DNA of 64,000 nt from Candidatus Poribacteria bacterium (GCA_965205015.1 OZ242029.1:3808001-3872000); one strand, 5' to 3'; shown: positions 10,113 through 20,491, numbered from the stretch's first letter. The notes: a model not told the origin generated them from the letters alone. Numbers and translations are program-made.

Positions 10113-10982
10113 ATGGCAAGAATCGAACCCTTTTTTGTTTCAAATGAACTCTTAGATCACCCTGAAAAACTCCGAGAACGCGCACGGCAGGACGGTTATC
10201 TCTTTTTTCGTGGCTTGGTTGATGCCGATGCTATCTACAAAGTGCGCCGGGATTTCTTGGAAATCTGTCATCGACACGGATGGGCGAAAGGCGGAGACAC
10301 GCTGATGGACGGTATCCGCATCGGCGGTCCCTTTATGGAAGGCGATGATGGGTATTGGCCCGTCTTGGATGCGTTCCAATGCTTGGAATCCTTCCATGCG
10401 TTTGCGCATCATCCTGCGATCTTGGACGTGTGCGACAAGCTCTTCGGTGAAAAGACGCTTGTGCATCCGCGGAATATTGGAAGAATTATGTTCCCAGAGA
10501 ACACAAAATACACAACGCCTGCACATCAAGATTTCATTCACATCCGGGGGACAGAGGAAACCTATACCGGGTGGATACCGCTTGGCGCCTGTCCAGAAGC
10601 GTTGGGTGGGTTGTCAGTCCTATCCGGTTCGCATCAAGGCGGCGTGTATCCCGTCAAACCAGCATTCGGCGCAGGCGGACTCGGTATTGATACAGCACCT
10701 CTGGAAGCGAATGGTTTCTATTGGGTCGGCGGTGATTATGAAATTGGTGATGCTCTCTTCTTTCACAGCCACGCCGTTCACAAAGCAATGCCGAATCAGA
10801 CCTCGGATCGGATACGTCTCTCGGTAGATTATCGCTATCAAGGAAACTCCAAGCCTGTCACAGATGGATCGCTTCTACCGCATTTCAATCGGATGGCGTG
10901 GGACGAAATCTACAAGGATTGGGTTTCGACGACATATCAGTATTATTGGAATGCCTTTGATTTGAACAGGGTTGAACGGTGA
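10113..10982 (+). CDS. phytanoyl-CoA dioxygenase (PhyH) family Fe(II)/2OG oxygenase
   Basis: TPAHQD, GWIPLG, LSGSH, FFHSHAVH and RLSVDYRYQ. Confidence 0.9.
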   Translation: MARIEPFFVSNELLDHPEKLRERARQDGYLFFRGLVDADAIYKVRRDFLEICHRHGWAKGGDTLMDGIRIGGPFMEGDDGYWPVLDAFQCLESFHAFAHHPAILDVCDKLFGEKTLVHPRNIGRIMFPENTKYTTPAHQDFIHIRGTEETYTGWIPLGACPEALGGLSVLSGSHQGGVYPVKPAFGAGGLGIDTAPLEANGFYWVGGDYEIGDALFFHSHAVHKAMPNQTSDRIRLSVDYRYQGNSKPVTDGSLLPHFNRMAWDEIYKDWVSTTYQYYWNAFDLNRVER

Positions 10983-11767
10983 AAAGCGTCCTACAGATCC
11001 TATTCTACGGGACTTTCTGCTGTATAGTGACGCTATCTGCACAGGCACCCGATATGGTCCTCATCCCAGCGGGCGAATTCCAGATGGGGAGCGACACTGG
11101 AGAACGCGACGAAAAACCGGTACATACCGTTTCTCTTGATGCGTTCTATATTGACCCCTACGAAGTAACGGTTGGCGAATATAAACGCTTCCTTGAAGAG
11201 ACGAACCATCGTCCTTTACCGAATTCGGTTTCTCGTACCTCACCGACCGATCAGCATCCTGTCGTAGAGGTGAGTTGGCACGATGCGATGGCGTATGCAC
11301 TGTGGGCAGGGAAGCGGTTACCTACGGAAGCCGAATGGGAAAAAGCCGCACGAGGCGGTTTAGTCGGGCAGGATTATCCGTGGGAAGGTCCGATTGGTGC
11401 GGACAAAGCAAATTACGGCAAGAACACGAAATCTGGCACGCATGGGGCGCGCGCAACACCTGTGGGGACATATCCCGCTAATGGCTACGGTTTATACGAT
11501 ATGTCTGGAAACGTCGCTGAGTGGTGCCTCGATACATACCAACGAAAATTTTATGCGAATGAACAACGCGGTAATCCCGTTGCTGGGGCTGAAAACGTCC
11601 AAGGGATTATTGCAAACGCTGGCGCGAACAATGAGAAGCGTGTTGTCCGTGGCGGATCGTGGAGTTTCAATGCGAAAAGTGTGCGCGTCGCAAATCGTCT
11701 CGCGGAGAAACCGTCCCTGTTGAGTAGTGATGTCGGGTTTCGTTGCGTGCGAGATGTGAAACCTTAA
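10979..11767 (+). CDS. formylglycine-generating enzyme (FGE-sulfatase/SUMF1) family exported protein
   Basis: FQMGSD, RLPTEAEWEKAARGG, NGYGLYDMSGNVAEW, RGGSW and GFRC; lacks the catalytic Cys pair after RGGS. Confidence 0.88.
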   Translation: MKSVLQILFYGTFCCIVTLSAQAPDMVLIPAGEFQMGSDTGERDEKPVHTVSLDAFYIDPYEVTVGEYKRFLEETNHRPLPNSVSRTSPTDQHPVVEVSWHDAMAYALWAGKRLPTEAEWEKAARGGLVGQDYPWEGPIGADKANYGKNTKSGTHGARATPVGTYPANGYGLYDMSGNVAEWCLDTYQRKFYANEQRGNPVAGAENVQGIIANAGANNEKRVVRGGSWSFNAKSVRVANRLAEKPSLLSSDVGFRCVRDVKP

Positions 11768-11831
11768 AAGTCGTAAGCACACGCCGTGTGTGGTTCATAA
11801 AATATAACAGTTCCAAGGAAAAGAGAAGCCA

Positions 11832-12929
11832 TTGATTAAATTACAGCAACGAAAACCTAATACCGCAGCTATTATCTGTTTTGTAATGATGTTAATCGGG
11901 TGGGTCGGAATCGCTATTTTACCTGTCGCCGCCGAAAACTACACCGGTGATTTCTTGACGAACGGGGTTGGTGGCAGAGCCCTCGGTTTGGGCGGTGCCT
12001 ACGTGAGTATTGCTGACGACGTAACCGCTACTTATTGGAACCCAGCCGGCATTGCGGGTATTTCCGACGATTACCAATTCTGTCTGATGCACGCCGCACG
12101 GCGTTCCGGATTGGGGGCATTCAACTATATCAGTGGCACAACAAAGGTCCTGTCGAAACTCAACCTCGGATTGTCGTGGCTTCGCGCAGGGGTGGATGAC
12201 ATTCCTATCTATCCACTCGTCCCGGCGTTCGATCCTAATATTACGCCAGATGCCCGACGAAACTTGGCGAGAAACCGTCCCAGAGAATCCGATTTCATTC
12301 CAGCAGGTTACTTAAACGACAGTGAAAACGCCTATATTTTGACGCTTGCGATGCGTTGGGTCGTGAGTCAGTCGTGGTGGGATAATTTCGGAAGGGATTC
12401 ACTGCCCCCGGAATTTATGTGTGGTGTAAACACGAAACTGATTACGCAGAGTTTGGACGGTGGTGCGCTTGATACTTATAACTATGGGAGTTGGGGGTAT
12501 GGCTTTGATGCCGGATTCCTCGTACGCTTGCCCGATTTCAATGCGCTTTTCAATTTAGAGAACTTCGGCAGTCTCGGCTTTGGGTTTAATCTTCAGGACA
12601 TCTCAAAAACGACGCTAACGTGGAACACCTTATCTGCCCCTAAAGAATCTATTCCAGCAAATTGGAATATCGGCGTCGCGTATACGAACCATCACGTTTT
12701 CAATCGAGAGATGATTCTTTCCTATCAGTGGCAACAGCGTTACGGTGGGCAATCGCATATCGGTATAGAATATCGTATCAGCGAACCGTTGGCACTCCGT
12801 GTCGGTTACCGAGACGCCCGCGTTACAAGTGGAATCGGCATCCAGGTCCGCCAATTTCGACTCGATTACGCCCTCCTCCTCGGCGACCTAATTAGCACAC
12901 ACTTTCTGAGTCTACTATGGCATTTTTAA
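11832..12929 (+). CDS. PorV/UPF0164-like outer-membrane beta-barrel
   Basis: GVGGRALGLGGAYVSIADDVTATYWNPAG, alternating beta strands, terminal Phe. Confidence 0.75.
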   Translation: MIKLQQRKPNTAAIICFVMMLIGWVGIAILPVAAENYTGDFLTNGVGGRALGLGGAYVSIADDVTATYWNPAGIAGISDDYQFCLMHAARRSGLGAFNYISGTTKVLSKLNLGLSWLRAGVDDIPIYPLVPAFDPNITPDARRNLARNRPRESDFIPAGYLNDSENAYILTLAMRWVVSQSWWDNFGRDSLPPEFMCGVNTKLITQSLDGGALDTYNYGSWGYGFDAGFLVRLPDFNALFNLENFGSLGFGFNLQDISKTTLTWNTLSAPKESIPANWNIGVAYTNHHVFNREMILSYQWQQRYGGQSHIGIEYRISEPLALRVGYRDARVTSGIGIQVRQFRLDYALLLGDLISTHFLSLLWHF

Positions 12930-12966
12930 TGTGAAGTGCCGCGAGGACAGACAATGAGGGATACTG

Positions 12967-14196
12967 CTAAACGTTCGGTCTTGACAAGTTCGGTTGATCA
13001 CGCAGCAATATCAGGAGCGGTGCCAGGACCACCGGAATCATCACTAATCCATCAAGGACGATAGGCAAACCGTATTGGTCCCCCAGAACACCGACGACTT
13101 TATTCAGTAAGCCACCGACACCCCACGCCGCACCCATCATAAAACTCGATGCAATGTTTTCATGCCCGCGCAGGATCATCTGTGCTAAGATGATGTTAAC
13201 CGTAATTGAACTTGAGAGCACCACATTCCCTAAAAAGAGGAACACGAGGAAACTCGGACCGTCAGCGTGTAGTGAGGCATAGAGCAGCGGCGGCGATCCA
13301 AGGAGTGAAACTAACAACAGAATGTAGGTGTTTACACGGGTGATCAGCCAACCACTCGCCATGATACCCATGGAGCCCGCGAAGATGAAAAGCGCAATCA
13401 CGAGCGAGCGCATCTGGTCGGGATAATTTTGGTCATCCAGATAGATAGATAGGAAATTTTCCAACCCGACTGCTGTGACGGTTCGGAGTGCCGCAATAAT
13501 AAACAGCACACTGAGCGGTAAAAGATGTGGACGGGCGACAGTCCAAAAGGGTTCTTGGGGTCTCCGTTCCTCTGCTAACCTTCCGCGCGGCGTAGCGGTG
13601 AGATCCAGAGACTTCTCGAATTTCAGCACTTTCGGCACTAACAGTGCCAAAAGCACTCCTGGTATCATTTCCCAAACCAAGTATTGCAAGCCGAAATTGT
13701 ATGGAATGAACATCAGTACCAATGGACCGAGTGCCCGACCGATGTTACCCCCTGTGAGGAAAATGGAGGTCCCCATCCCCCGACCTTCTGTGGCGAGCGC
13801 ACCGGCATAGGTCGTCGCTTGTGGATGGAAGGAGGCAACACCGAGTCCGCCTATCGCTAATAACAGATAGACGACACGCGGCGAAGGGGCAACCCATAGG
13901 AGGCTTAAACCGATTGCCGTGAAACCGACACCAAACGTCAGGAAATGCACCGACCGCACCCGGTCCGACAGCCACCCGAAGAGTATTTGTCCGAGCGAGC
14001 TAAAGACACTATAAATCGAGATGAAGTTGCCGGCTAAACTGTTCCGTGTTGCGACTGAGGTTGCTAACTTTGTCAGCAGAAGCGGTTGCAGATGCGACAG
14101 CAGGGTCGCGTAGGAGTCGAGAACCGTATGGGATAACGTAAGAAAATAGAACTGTTTCTGAGAAGACGTTTTAGAGGGATTTTGGGAGTTTTCCAT
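12967..14196 (-). CDS. MFS transporter (Fsr-like)
   Basis: About 12 TM; GWLSDR, GGLGVASFHPQA and GGNIGRALGP. Confidence 0.9.
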   Translation of the reverse strand: MENSQNPSKTSSQKQFYFLTLSHTVLDSYATLLSHLQPLLLTKLATSVATRNSLAGNFISIYSVFSSLGQILFGWLSDRVRSVHFLTFGVGFTAIGLSLLWVAPSPRVVYLLLAIGGLGVASFHPQATTYAGALATEGRGMGTSIFLTGGNIGRALGPLVLMFIPYNFGLQYLVWEMIPGVLLALLVPKVLKFEKSLDLTATPRGRLAEERRPQEPFWTVARPHLLPLSVLFIIAALRTVTAVGLENFLSIYLDDQNYPDQMRSLVIALFIFAGSMGIMASGWLITRVNTYILLLVSLLGSPPLLYASLHADGPSFLVFLFLGNVVLSSSITVNIILAQMILRGHENIASSFMMGAAWGVGGLLNKVVGVLGDQYGLPIVLDGLVMIPVVLAPLLILLRDQPNLSRPNV

Positions 14197-14393
14197 GAGG
14201 CGAAATAGATACCGCTTTTCTTATGATAATTAAGATAATGTGCATTGTAAAATACATCCATCTAAAAAGCAAATCTTTTTTTACTCTGACAACTGACTGT
14301 CGATTGCTGATTGCCATTTCTTCTTGACAATTAAAACATTCACATATACTATGAAACGAATCCCTTAAATAGAAAACATCCATAATACACACA

Positions 14394-15392
14394 GTGAGCG
14401 TGCCTTTGGACAAAAAGCAAATTCAACGGGTCACCAAAATCGGTTTACCGACGGTCTTAGCAGTCGTTATAACTTACTTCCTTTTAAAAGAGATCGACAT
14501 TCAACAAATACCACAAACGCTGAGCCGATTGTCAGTCAAAGCACTTTTCATCGGGTTTGGGTGCTACTGCTTGTTAGTCTTAACGAAAGCCCTCCGCTTC
14601 CAGGCATTGCTTAACCTTGAGAGTGGTGTTCATCAGGTCTTCCCAATCTTGGCGATGCACACCTTTTGGGGCAATATCCTCCCGATGCGGACAGGCGATG
14701 TGTCTTATGTCTATCTGATGCAACGCCGTCAGAAGGTGGACGCAACGCAGGGCGTCGCTTCGCTGCTGGTCGCCAGTTTGATTGATTTAGTACTGCTGAT
14801 GGGCTTGGTGGTCGCTACGGCGTGGCTCCTGCGCACTGCGCTTCGAGACACGTTCTCCGGCACGGTTCTCTATCTCCTACCGCTTCTGATGGGGGCAGGC
14901 TTGGTCGCCGTGGTCGTTTTCGTCTACGCTGCGCCGCAAGTTTGCATGAGATTCGCAGAACGGTGTGCGGGTCCGCTATTGGCACTTGAAAAATGCCCGG
15001 TCTCGTGGACAGTCGATAAAGTCTTGGCAGTGCTTCGGGAACTAACGGCGTTTCGATCGAATCGGCGGTTTTTGGAGGTCTGGGTATATTCCGTCCTGTG
15101 TCTCGTTATCCGTTTCGGGTTCCAATGCTACCTTGTCACCGAGATGGGTGTTGACATTCCGATGACTGAAGTGCTGTTCGCACTCGCATTTACGAATGTC
15201 TTTAACCTGTTGCCCGTTCAAACCGTTGGTAACTTTGGGACGACGGAATTCCCCTTCGTCTGGTTGCTAAACCATTTCGGTACCGCTGTAGGGACTGCCA
15301 CTGTTACTGGATTTAGTTTGCACATTCTGATTCTACTTTACTGTTTACCGTTAGGCGCGTCCGGGTTTTTGATGAAACCGAAGGAGTTATAA
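14394..15392 (+). CDS. lysylphosphatidylglycerol synthase TM / flippase-like (UPF0104) membrane protein
   Basis: ALRFQALL, NILPMRTGD and LLPVQTVGNFGTTE; upstream TTGACA-17-TACTAT at 14324-14352. Confidence 0.8.
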   Translation: MSVPLDKKQIQRVTKIGLPTVLAVVITYFLLKEIDIQQIPQTLSRLSVKALFIGFGCYCLLVLTKALRFQALLNLESGVHQVFPILAMHTFWGNILPMRTGDVSYVYLMQRRQKVDATQGVASLLVASLIDLVLLMGLVVATAWLLRTALRDTFSGTVLYLLPLLMGAGLVAVVVFVYAAPQVCMRFAERCAGPLLALEKCPVSWTVDKVLAVLRELTAFRSNRRFLEVWVYSVLCLVIRFGFQCYLVTEMGVDIPMTEVLFALAFTNVFNLLPVQTVGNFGTTEFPFVWLLNHFGTAVGTATVTGFSLHILILLYCLPLGASGFLMKPKEL

Positions 15393-15393
15393 T

Positions 15394-16209
15394 ATGAGAA
15401 TTATTGATCCGCATGTTCACGTTTGGAAAAACGATCCGCGGTTCCCATGGGCACCGGAGACAACAAGTCCACCCACAGAGGATGCAACAGCGGAGATGTT
15501 ACTGGAATTGATGGCGGCGAACGGTGTAGAGAAAACTGTTCTCGTTCAAGTCATCCACTATCGCTGGGATAATAGATATGCCGCTGACGCACTGAAAAGA
15601 TACCCGGATAAGTTCATGGGCGTCTGCCGAATCAACCCGGAAGACCCGGACGCCCCCGATCACCTGAGTCGCTGGACGGAGACGGACGGTTTCCACGGGG
15701 TACGGCTCAGCCCTTCTGTCGGTGATGCAGGTGACTGGTTTGCTGGACCGTTGATGCCGCCTATCTTTCGTCGTGCGGAAACGCTCGGCGTCCCGATGCT
15801 GATTCTCACGGGAGCCGAAAGATTGGTGGATCTCGTGCCACTTTTGGAACAGCACCCGGACCTCGATGTTGTTATAGATCACATGGCAAGCTGCTCGCCC
15901 GACGCGCCTGAAAAACTGGACTTGCTGCTGAACCTTGCACGGTTTCCTCGCGTCTACGTCAAAATTAGCCATACGTGGTCAATCTCAAAAACGGGTTACC
16001 CGTGGGCGGATACGTATGAACAGGTTAAGAAGGTGTATCAGGCGTTCGGAGGTTCGCGCCTGATGTGGGGAACGGATTGGCCCGTCTGTCTCGGTCGAGC
16101 CAGTTATTCAGAAACTTTGTCAGTCGTCCGAGATGAGATGGACTTCTTTACGCCGGGAGACCGGGAGTGGGTGTTAGGAAAAACCGCGCTCCGCCTCTGG
16201 CAATTCTGA
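15394..16209 (+). CDS. amidohydrolase_2 family (lactonase-like)
   Basis: IIDPHVHVW, GVRL, VIDHM, YVKIS and MWGTDWP. Confidence 0.9.
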   Translation: MRIIDPHVHVWKNDPRFPWAPETTSPPTEDATAEMLLELMAANGVEKTVLVQVIHYRWDNRYAADALKRYPDKFMGVCRINPEDPDAPDHLSRWTETDGFHGVRLSPSVGDAGDWFAGPLMPPIFRRAETLGVPMLILTGAERLVDLVPLLEQHPDLDVVIDHMASCSPDAPEKLDLLLNLARFPRVYVKISHTWSISKTGYPWADTYEQVKKVYQAFGGSRLMWGTDWPVCLGRASYSETLSVVRDEMDFFTPGDREWVLGKTALRLWQF

Positions 16210-16400
16210 TAACCATTTTCCCTTTGACAAATTTTCGCGTGTATGTTATCATAAAAGAATTAAATCGAATGTAATAACGTACCCTGTTCCCAACCCTCTG
16301 CAAAAAACAGCACCGTGGCAAGGCACCACGCTTTACAAACCCCTATACGCTTTTAAGGGCCAGGTTTCAACCTTACCCTATCCACACGGGAGGAAAAACG

Positions 16401-16748
16401 ATGCCATTCTGCCCACAATGCGATGCTGAATATAAGTCAGAAGTCTTGATGTGTTCGGATTGTCAGGTAACACTCGTGTCTCAACGCATACCGACAGAGG
16501 TTACGGAATACGAGGACTGGTACACTGTTGAATCCGTACCGAATGAATTAGCAGGCAACATCCTCCAAAGCGTCTTGGAGGAGGACGGTATCCCTGTTTA
16601 TCTCCGCTGTCATGAAGTCCCTTATTATGCTGGTGTGAAAGGCAATCTTGGACAATCTGAATGGGGTGATGTCCTGGTGCCAGCGAATCTACTTCCACAA
16701 GCACGAGAGTGCCTCAAAGTCTATTTCGATTCACTACAGGACCGTTAA
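16401..16748 (+). CDS. zinc-ribbon plus DUF2007-like protein
   Basis: CPQC...CSDC, then LQSVLEEDGIPV...VLVP; GGAGG RBS; promoter TTGACA-17-TATCAT at 16224-16252. Confidence 0.8.
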   Translation: MPFCPQCDAEYKSEVLMCSDCQVTLVSQRIPTEVTEYEDWYTVESVPNELAGNILQSVLEEDGIPVYLRCHEVPYYAGVKGNLGQSEWGDVLVPANLLPQARECLKVYFDSLQDR

Positions 16749-16767
16749 AATCCGCGGGCAAATTGCC

Positions 16768-16989
16768 ATGAAAGCCGACCAACTCTACCTCTTTAAGGAA
16801 GCAAAATCTCATAAATCTCACAGTCGCATGGCTGGTAAAGTTCATGTGAGAGGGCATCGTCGGCGCAACGGTAGTTACGTTAAGGAACATTGGCGGAGCC
16901 GACCCAACCGAAAGTTTGGTACTTTCAAACGGTTTAATTCAACAGAGGAGCAGCTTTCCTTCGTTGTTAACAGTGATACCTCAGATTGA
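16768..16989 (+). CDS. small basic protein with VRGHxRxNGxYVxxHWRxxP motif
   Basis: 73-aa ORF from ATG 16768; Arg/His-rich motif. Confidence 0.55.
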   Translation: MKADQLYLFKEAKSHKSHSRMAGKVHVRGHRRRNGSYVKEHWRSRPNRKFGTFKRFNSTEEQLSFVVNSDTSD

Positions 16990-17062
16990 CACACATAACA
17001 CGTCTCTTTTCCTGATAACCGATAATTGATAGCCACAACACGGCGCTTCTCAGAAAAATGCC

Positions 17063-18232
17063 ATGATCTACTTTTTGCGACGCTTGCCTGTATCCCGTTT
17101 TACGTTCCGACACTTGCAAGCGCAGACGATTTTACTGTTTCTCATTGCTACGACCCCACTCTTCAGCGAGGTCTACCGTATCAAAATAGGCGATACCCTT
17201 CTGATTGGGGTGATCGGACAGCCTGAGTATACACACTCGGCGCAGGTCCGCGAAGACGGCAGAATTAGTTACTTCGGTGGCGATCTTGAGGTTGCTGGAC
17301 AGACAGTTGAAAGGGTTAACCAACAGATTCGCGAGTTCCTCGTTTCAGAGGGTCTTATCAGCAACCCCGTCGTTATGGTCTCGCCGGTGCTGCAAGAGAA
17401 CGGCGTTTTCGTCGGCGGTGCAGTCAAACTCCCCGGACGTTATCCGATTTCCCCAGAAACCGACATCGGTTTATACCGTGCCCTTACGCTCGCGGGTGGT
17501 ATGGCGGAGAACGCGGATCACCACGTCGTGCAATTAATCCGTACCGACATGCCGGAGAAGGTCGAAATCTACGACCTCTCACCTGCCCACCCTTACCGCG
17601 ATATCCGTGTCAGTGTCAACGATCTCGTGTTCGTCATGTCCCTCAGCACCGTGGAAGTACAGGGACAAGTACAGACGCCCGGTAAACTTTTTATTCGGGG
17701 ACGGATTGGTGTTAAGGAAGCACTCGCTCGCGCAGGCGGTCTGACGCAAGAGGCAGACCTAACCGCTATTGTAAGAATCGAGAAGAACGGGAATCTGTCT
17801 GAATTCAACCTTTCTGAGCAGTTTTGGAAATCGACCCCGAACGATGCCCCTTCTCCGTCTTTGTCGGACGGCGACGTGTTGTTCGTTCCCAATGTCTTCA
17901 AAGTCGAGCCGATCTACGTAACCGGTTACGTGCGCACGCCGGGTATCCAACGGGTTCGCGGTCCCTTGAATCTCTCACAGGCGGTCGCACTCGCTGGCGG
18001 ATTTGAGGAATCAGCGGACCGTAAAGAGGTTCTTATTCACCGTCGTGACGGTACAATGCTGGAGGTGCCTTTCGCGTCCGCTCCGACGGAGGGTATGACG
18101 CAACAGATTTTACTCTATCCGGGCGATATTTTAGAGGTGAAAAAAAAGTTTCAGGTGAACTGGAGTCTCGTCAGCACGCTCGCCTACATCGTCATCGCTG
18201 GCATCAGTCTTACGCTCCAGTTGACGCAGTAA
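17063..18232 (+). CDS. polysaccharide export / SLBB-domain protein (Wza-like)
   Basis: YRIKIGDTL..VREDGRIS and three V.G.V..PG...AL..AGG SLBB repeats; C-terminal helix. Confidence 0.85.
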   Translation: MIYFLRRLPVSRFTFRHLQAQTILLFLIATTPLFSEVYRIKIGDTLLIGVIGQPEYTHSAQVREDGRISYFGGDLEVAGQTVERVNQQIREFLVSEGLISNPVVMVSPVLQENGVFVGGAVKLPGRYPISPETDIGLYRALTLAGGMAENADHHVVQLIRTDMPEKVEIYDLSPAHPYRDIRVSVNDLVFVMSLSTVEVQGQVQTPGKLFIRGRIGVKEALARAGGLTQEADLTAIVRIEKNGNLSEFNLSEQFWKSTPNDAPSPSLSDGDVLFVPNVFKVEPIYVTGYVRTPGIQRVRGPLNLSQAVALAGGFEESADRKEVLIHRRDGTMLEVPFASAPTEGMTQQILLYPGDILEVKKKFQVNWSLVSTLAYIVIAGISLTLQLTQ

Positions 18233-18258
18233 AAAATTAAAAAAGGAAGTGATACAAT

Positions 18259-19005
18259 ATGAATACCTCTTCAAAACCATCATCAGAGTTTGCCCCAGGG
18301 CAAATTGTTTCTTTGAAAGCGGATCCCTCTATTCGGGGTGCTGTCGTTGCGGTGTTCCCGAGCACACCCGAAAACCGAATTAACGTTTTTGCTGGTGGTA
18401 GAATTCAGAGTTTTCGCGCTTCTCAGTTGCAGGTGAGCGCGGCTTCAGATATTGTCAACCGGGTTATTGATGCACCGCCTGAGACAATTGCGCGTGTTGA
18501 AGCGTTGCTACAATCCTCGAAGGGAAAGAGCGATGGTTGGGATGCCGATCAACTCCTCAGCGAGCGTTTCGCACAACCTGTCCGCGTTATTACGTATACA
18601 GGCATAAAGGATCTATCGAAAGTCAAAACGAAGTCTTATCTACTCAGGGGGGTGGATCCCAACGGGGACAGGATTCAGATCGCGAAACTTCAGATTTTAT
18701 TCGCGTTTCCTAAAGAGAAGATGCCGGATCTGAAACCCCACGTGAAAATCCGGGCACCCTTGAAAGCACAGAACCTTCAACCGCTTGAAGAGCCAAACGA
18801 GCGGTTCCATGTAGATGACAAGCTTCTTCAGCAGGCGCGGAAGGATAAATCTAACGTCAATATTGTCACACGGACAGGACATGTGTTGGACGGATGGATC
18901 CAACATTTTGACAAGTATGTTCTCTATATGCGGGTCGGCGGGAAGGTCGTGGTTGTGTACCGACATGGTCTGTTTGAGTTCACTATTGGGGAGTCATCGG
19001 ATTAA
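18259..19005 (+). CDS. multidomain protein with C-terminal Hfq/Sm-like domain
   Basis: C-terminal LLQQARKDKSNVNIVTRTGHVLDGWIQHFDKYVLYMRVGGKVVVVYRHG follows the Hfq Sm1/Sm2 (YKHA) pattern; N-terminal SH3/Tudor-like segment. Confidence 0.65.
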   Translation: MNTSSKPSSEFAPGQIVSLKADPSIRGAVVAVFPSTPENRINVFAGGRIQSFRASQLQVSAASDIVNRVIDAPPETIARVEALLQSSKGKSDGWDADQLLSERFAQPVRVITYTGIKDLSKVKTKSYLLRGVDPNGDRIQIAKLQILFAFPKEKMPDLKPHVKIRAPLKAQNLQPLEEPNERFHVDDKLLQQARKDKSNVNIVTRTGHVLDGWIQHFDKYVLYMRVGGKVVVVYRHGLFEFTIGESSD

Positions 19006-19039
19006 CGCTTTAGGAACGCAACGGACTTTTCAGAGAAAC

Positions 19040-19320
19040 AGAGATTTCTCAATACTGTTTACGAATAGTAGGCTATCGCGGATTCCTGAAAGGGCGTTTG
19101 ATTATCGACTCGGCACACGCTCGGCATTGGAGTGGTCGTAGATCAGTATCGCGTGAAAACAGACAAACGGACGGAGATTGTCAACGACCCGAACCGAGGT
19201 TCCGACGATCCGCAGTACATTGCCAAATTAATCGGTCAAGTCATCACCTTCAGTTTAGAGACAGTAGATATTATTGAGGGGTTGCCCTCGTTGGATTTGA
19301 AGATTCCCGCTCAAGGTTGA
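19040..19320 (+). pseudogene. frameshifted C-terminal remnant of a type ISP restriction-modification enzyme
   Basis: IPERAFDYRLGTRSALEW / VVDQYRVKTDKRTEIVNDPN...IGQVITFSLETVDIIEGLP split over two frames near 19135. Confidence 0.75.
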
Positions 19321-19366
19321 TTTCCGCGCGGCGATGTGATATACTAAATTCAACGAGGAGGGCATT

Positions 19367-20491
19367 ATGAGACGTTTTGGAACCCAAGGGTGCGTGTATC
19401 CGGACAAACACTATGTCATCTCACGCTCTGAAGAGATTGCTGATTTTATTCACCGCGTTAAACAGGGGCGGTACATCGTCCTCTTCGCGCCGCGCCAAAC
19501 TGGCAAAACGACTTTTTTTCACTCAGTACTTGAGGCACTCGTTGCACAGGATTCAATCTATTTTCCGATTCAACTGAATTTTGAGACTTATGAGGATTAC
19601 GACCGGGGCAGTTTTTACGCCTCTCTCCATAGAGAGATTTGCGAAGAAATTCGGCGAGTTTTTCAGAAACGAGGAGAGACTCCCTCTGAAACATTGGCAC
19701 AATTCTTGGTGAACACGCAGATAACCGATCATCTTTCGATGAGAGATTTCTTTCAGGAATTTGATAAGCATCTCGCTATGCATTATAATAATTCGCAGCA
19801 GGTTATCCTTTTTATCGATGAATTTCACGGTATCCCTCTGGCAGTTGAGAACAGTTTTTTGGCTTCGCTTCGGTCCATCTACCTCACTGATAAACCACAT
19901 TGCCCTCACAGCGTCTGTTTCGTAAGTGTCGGGAGTATCATCCAACGCGACATGATCAACGCTATATCTCCTTTCAATATCCAAGATGCGTTCCATTTGC
20001 CCAACTTCACACTTGAGCAGGTGCGTGAACTCCTCACACAGTACACAGAGGAAATGGGGCAGGACTTTGAACCAGAGATTGTCGAAGCACTCTATACACA
20101 GACTGCAGGCCAACCGTTTCTTGTCAACCGGCTCGCGGAGATTCTCACTGAAGAAATGGGGATTCTGAAAACCGAACCTATTACAATGAGGCATTTTTCA
20201 CAGGCACGCACGCAGATACTTCAAGAACATAACGCCAACTTCGATCATCTATTTACCTATATCTACCGAGTCCCTCGATTTGAAAGCATTCTAACGAGAA
20301 TCATGTCGCAATCTGGTAGGGGTGTGCTCTTCGACTGGTATGATGAACGCATTGATGAACTTGCCACAAACGGCATAATCTCTGAAAGTAATTACGGAAT
20401 TTGCCAAATTGCCAATCCGATTTATTTCGATTACATCAGACAGGTGTTCCGTACACAATTTAAAGCACTTGAGCAGGAGTCCTTCTCTTGA
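19367..20491 (+). CDS. AAA-like (AAA_35) P-loop ATPase
   Basis: Walker A APRQTGKTT, Walker B LFIDEF, SPFNI and TAGQPFLVN. Confidence 0.85.
   Translation: MRRFGTQGCVYPDKHYVISRSEEIADFIHRVKQGRYIVLFAPRQTGKTTFFHSVLEALVAQDSIYFPIQLNFETYEDYDRGSFYASLHREICEEIRRVFQKRGETPSETLAQFLVNTQITDHLSMRDFFQEFDKHLAMHYNNSQQVILFIDEFHGIPLAVENSFLASLRSIYLTDKPHCPHSVCFVSVGSIIQRDMINAISPFNIQDAFHLPNFTLEQVRELLTQYTEEMGQDFEPEIVEALYTQTAGQPFLVNRLAEILTEEMGILKTEPITMRHFSQARTQILQEHNANFDHLFTYIYRVPRFESILTRIMSQSGRGVLFDWYDERIDELATNGIISESNYGICQIANPIYFDYIRQVFRTQFKALEQESFS

Noticed and set aside
10979-11767. Active sulfatase-maturing FGE or a DGR target
   Set aside because: It lacks the catalytic Cys pair, and no reverse transcriptase or template repeat is seen in the window.
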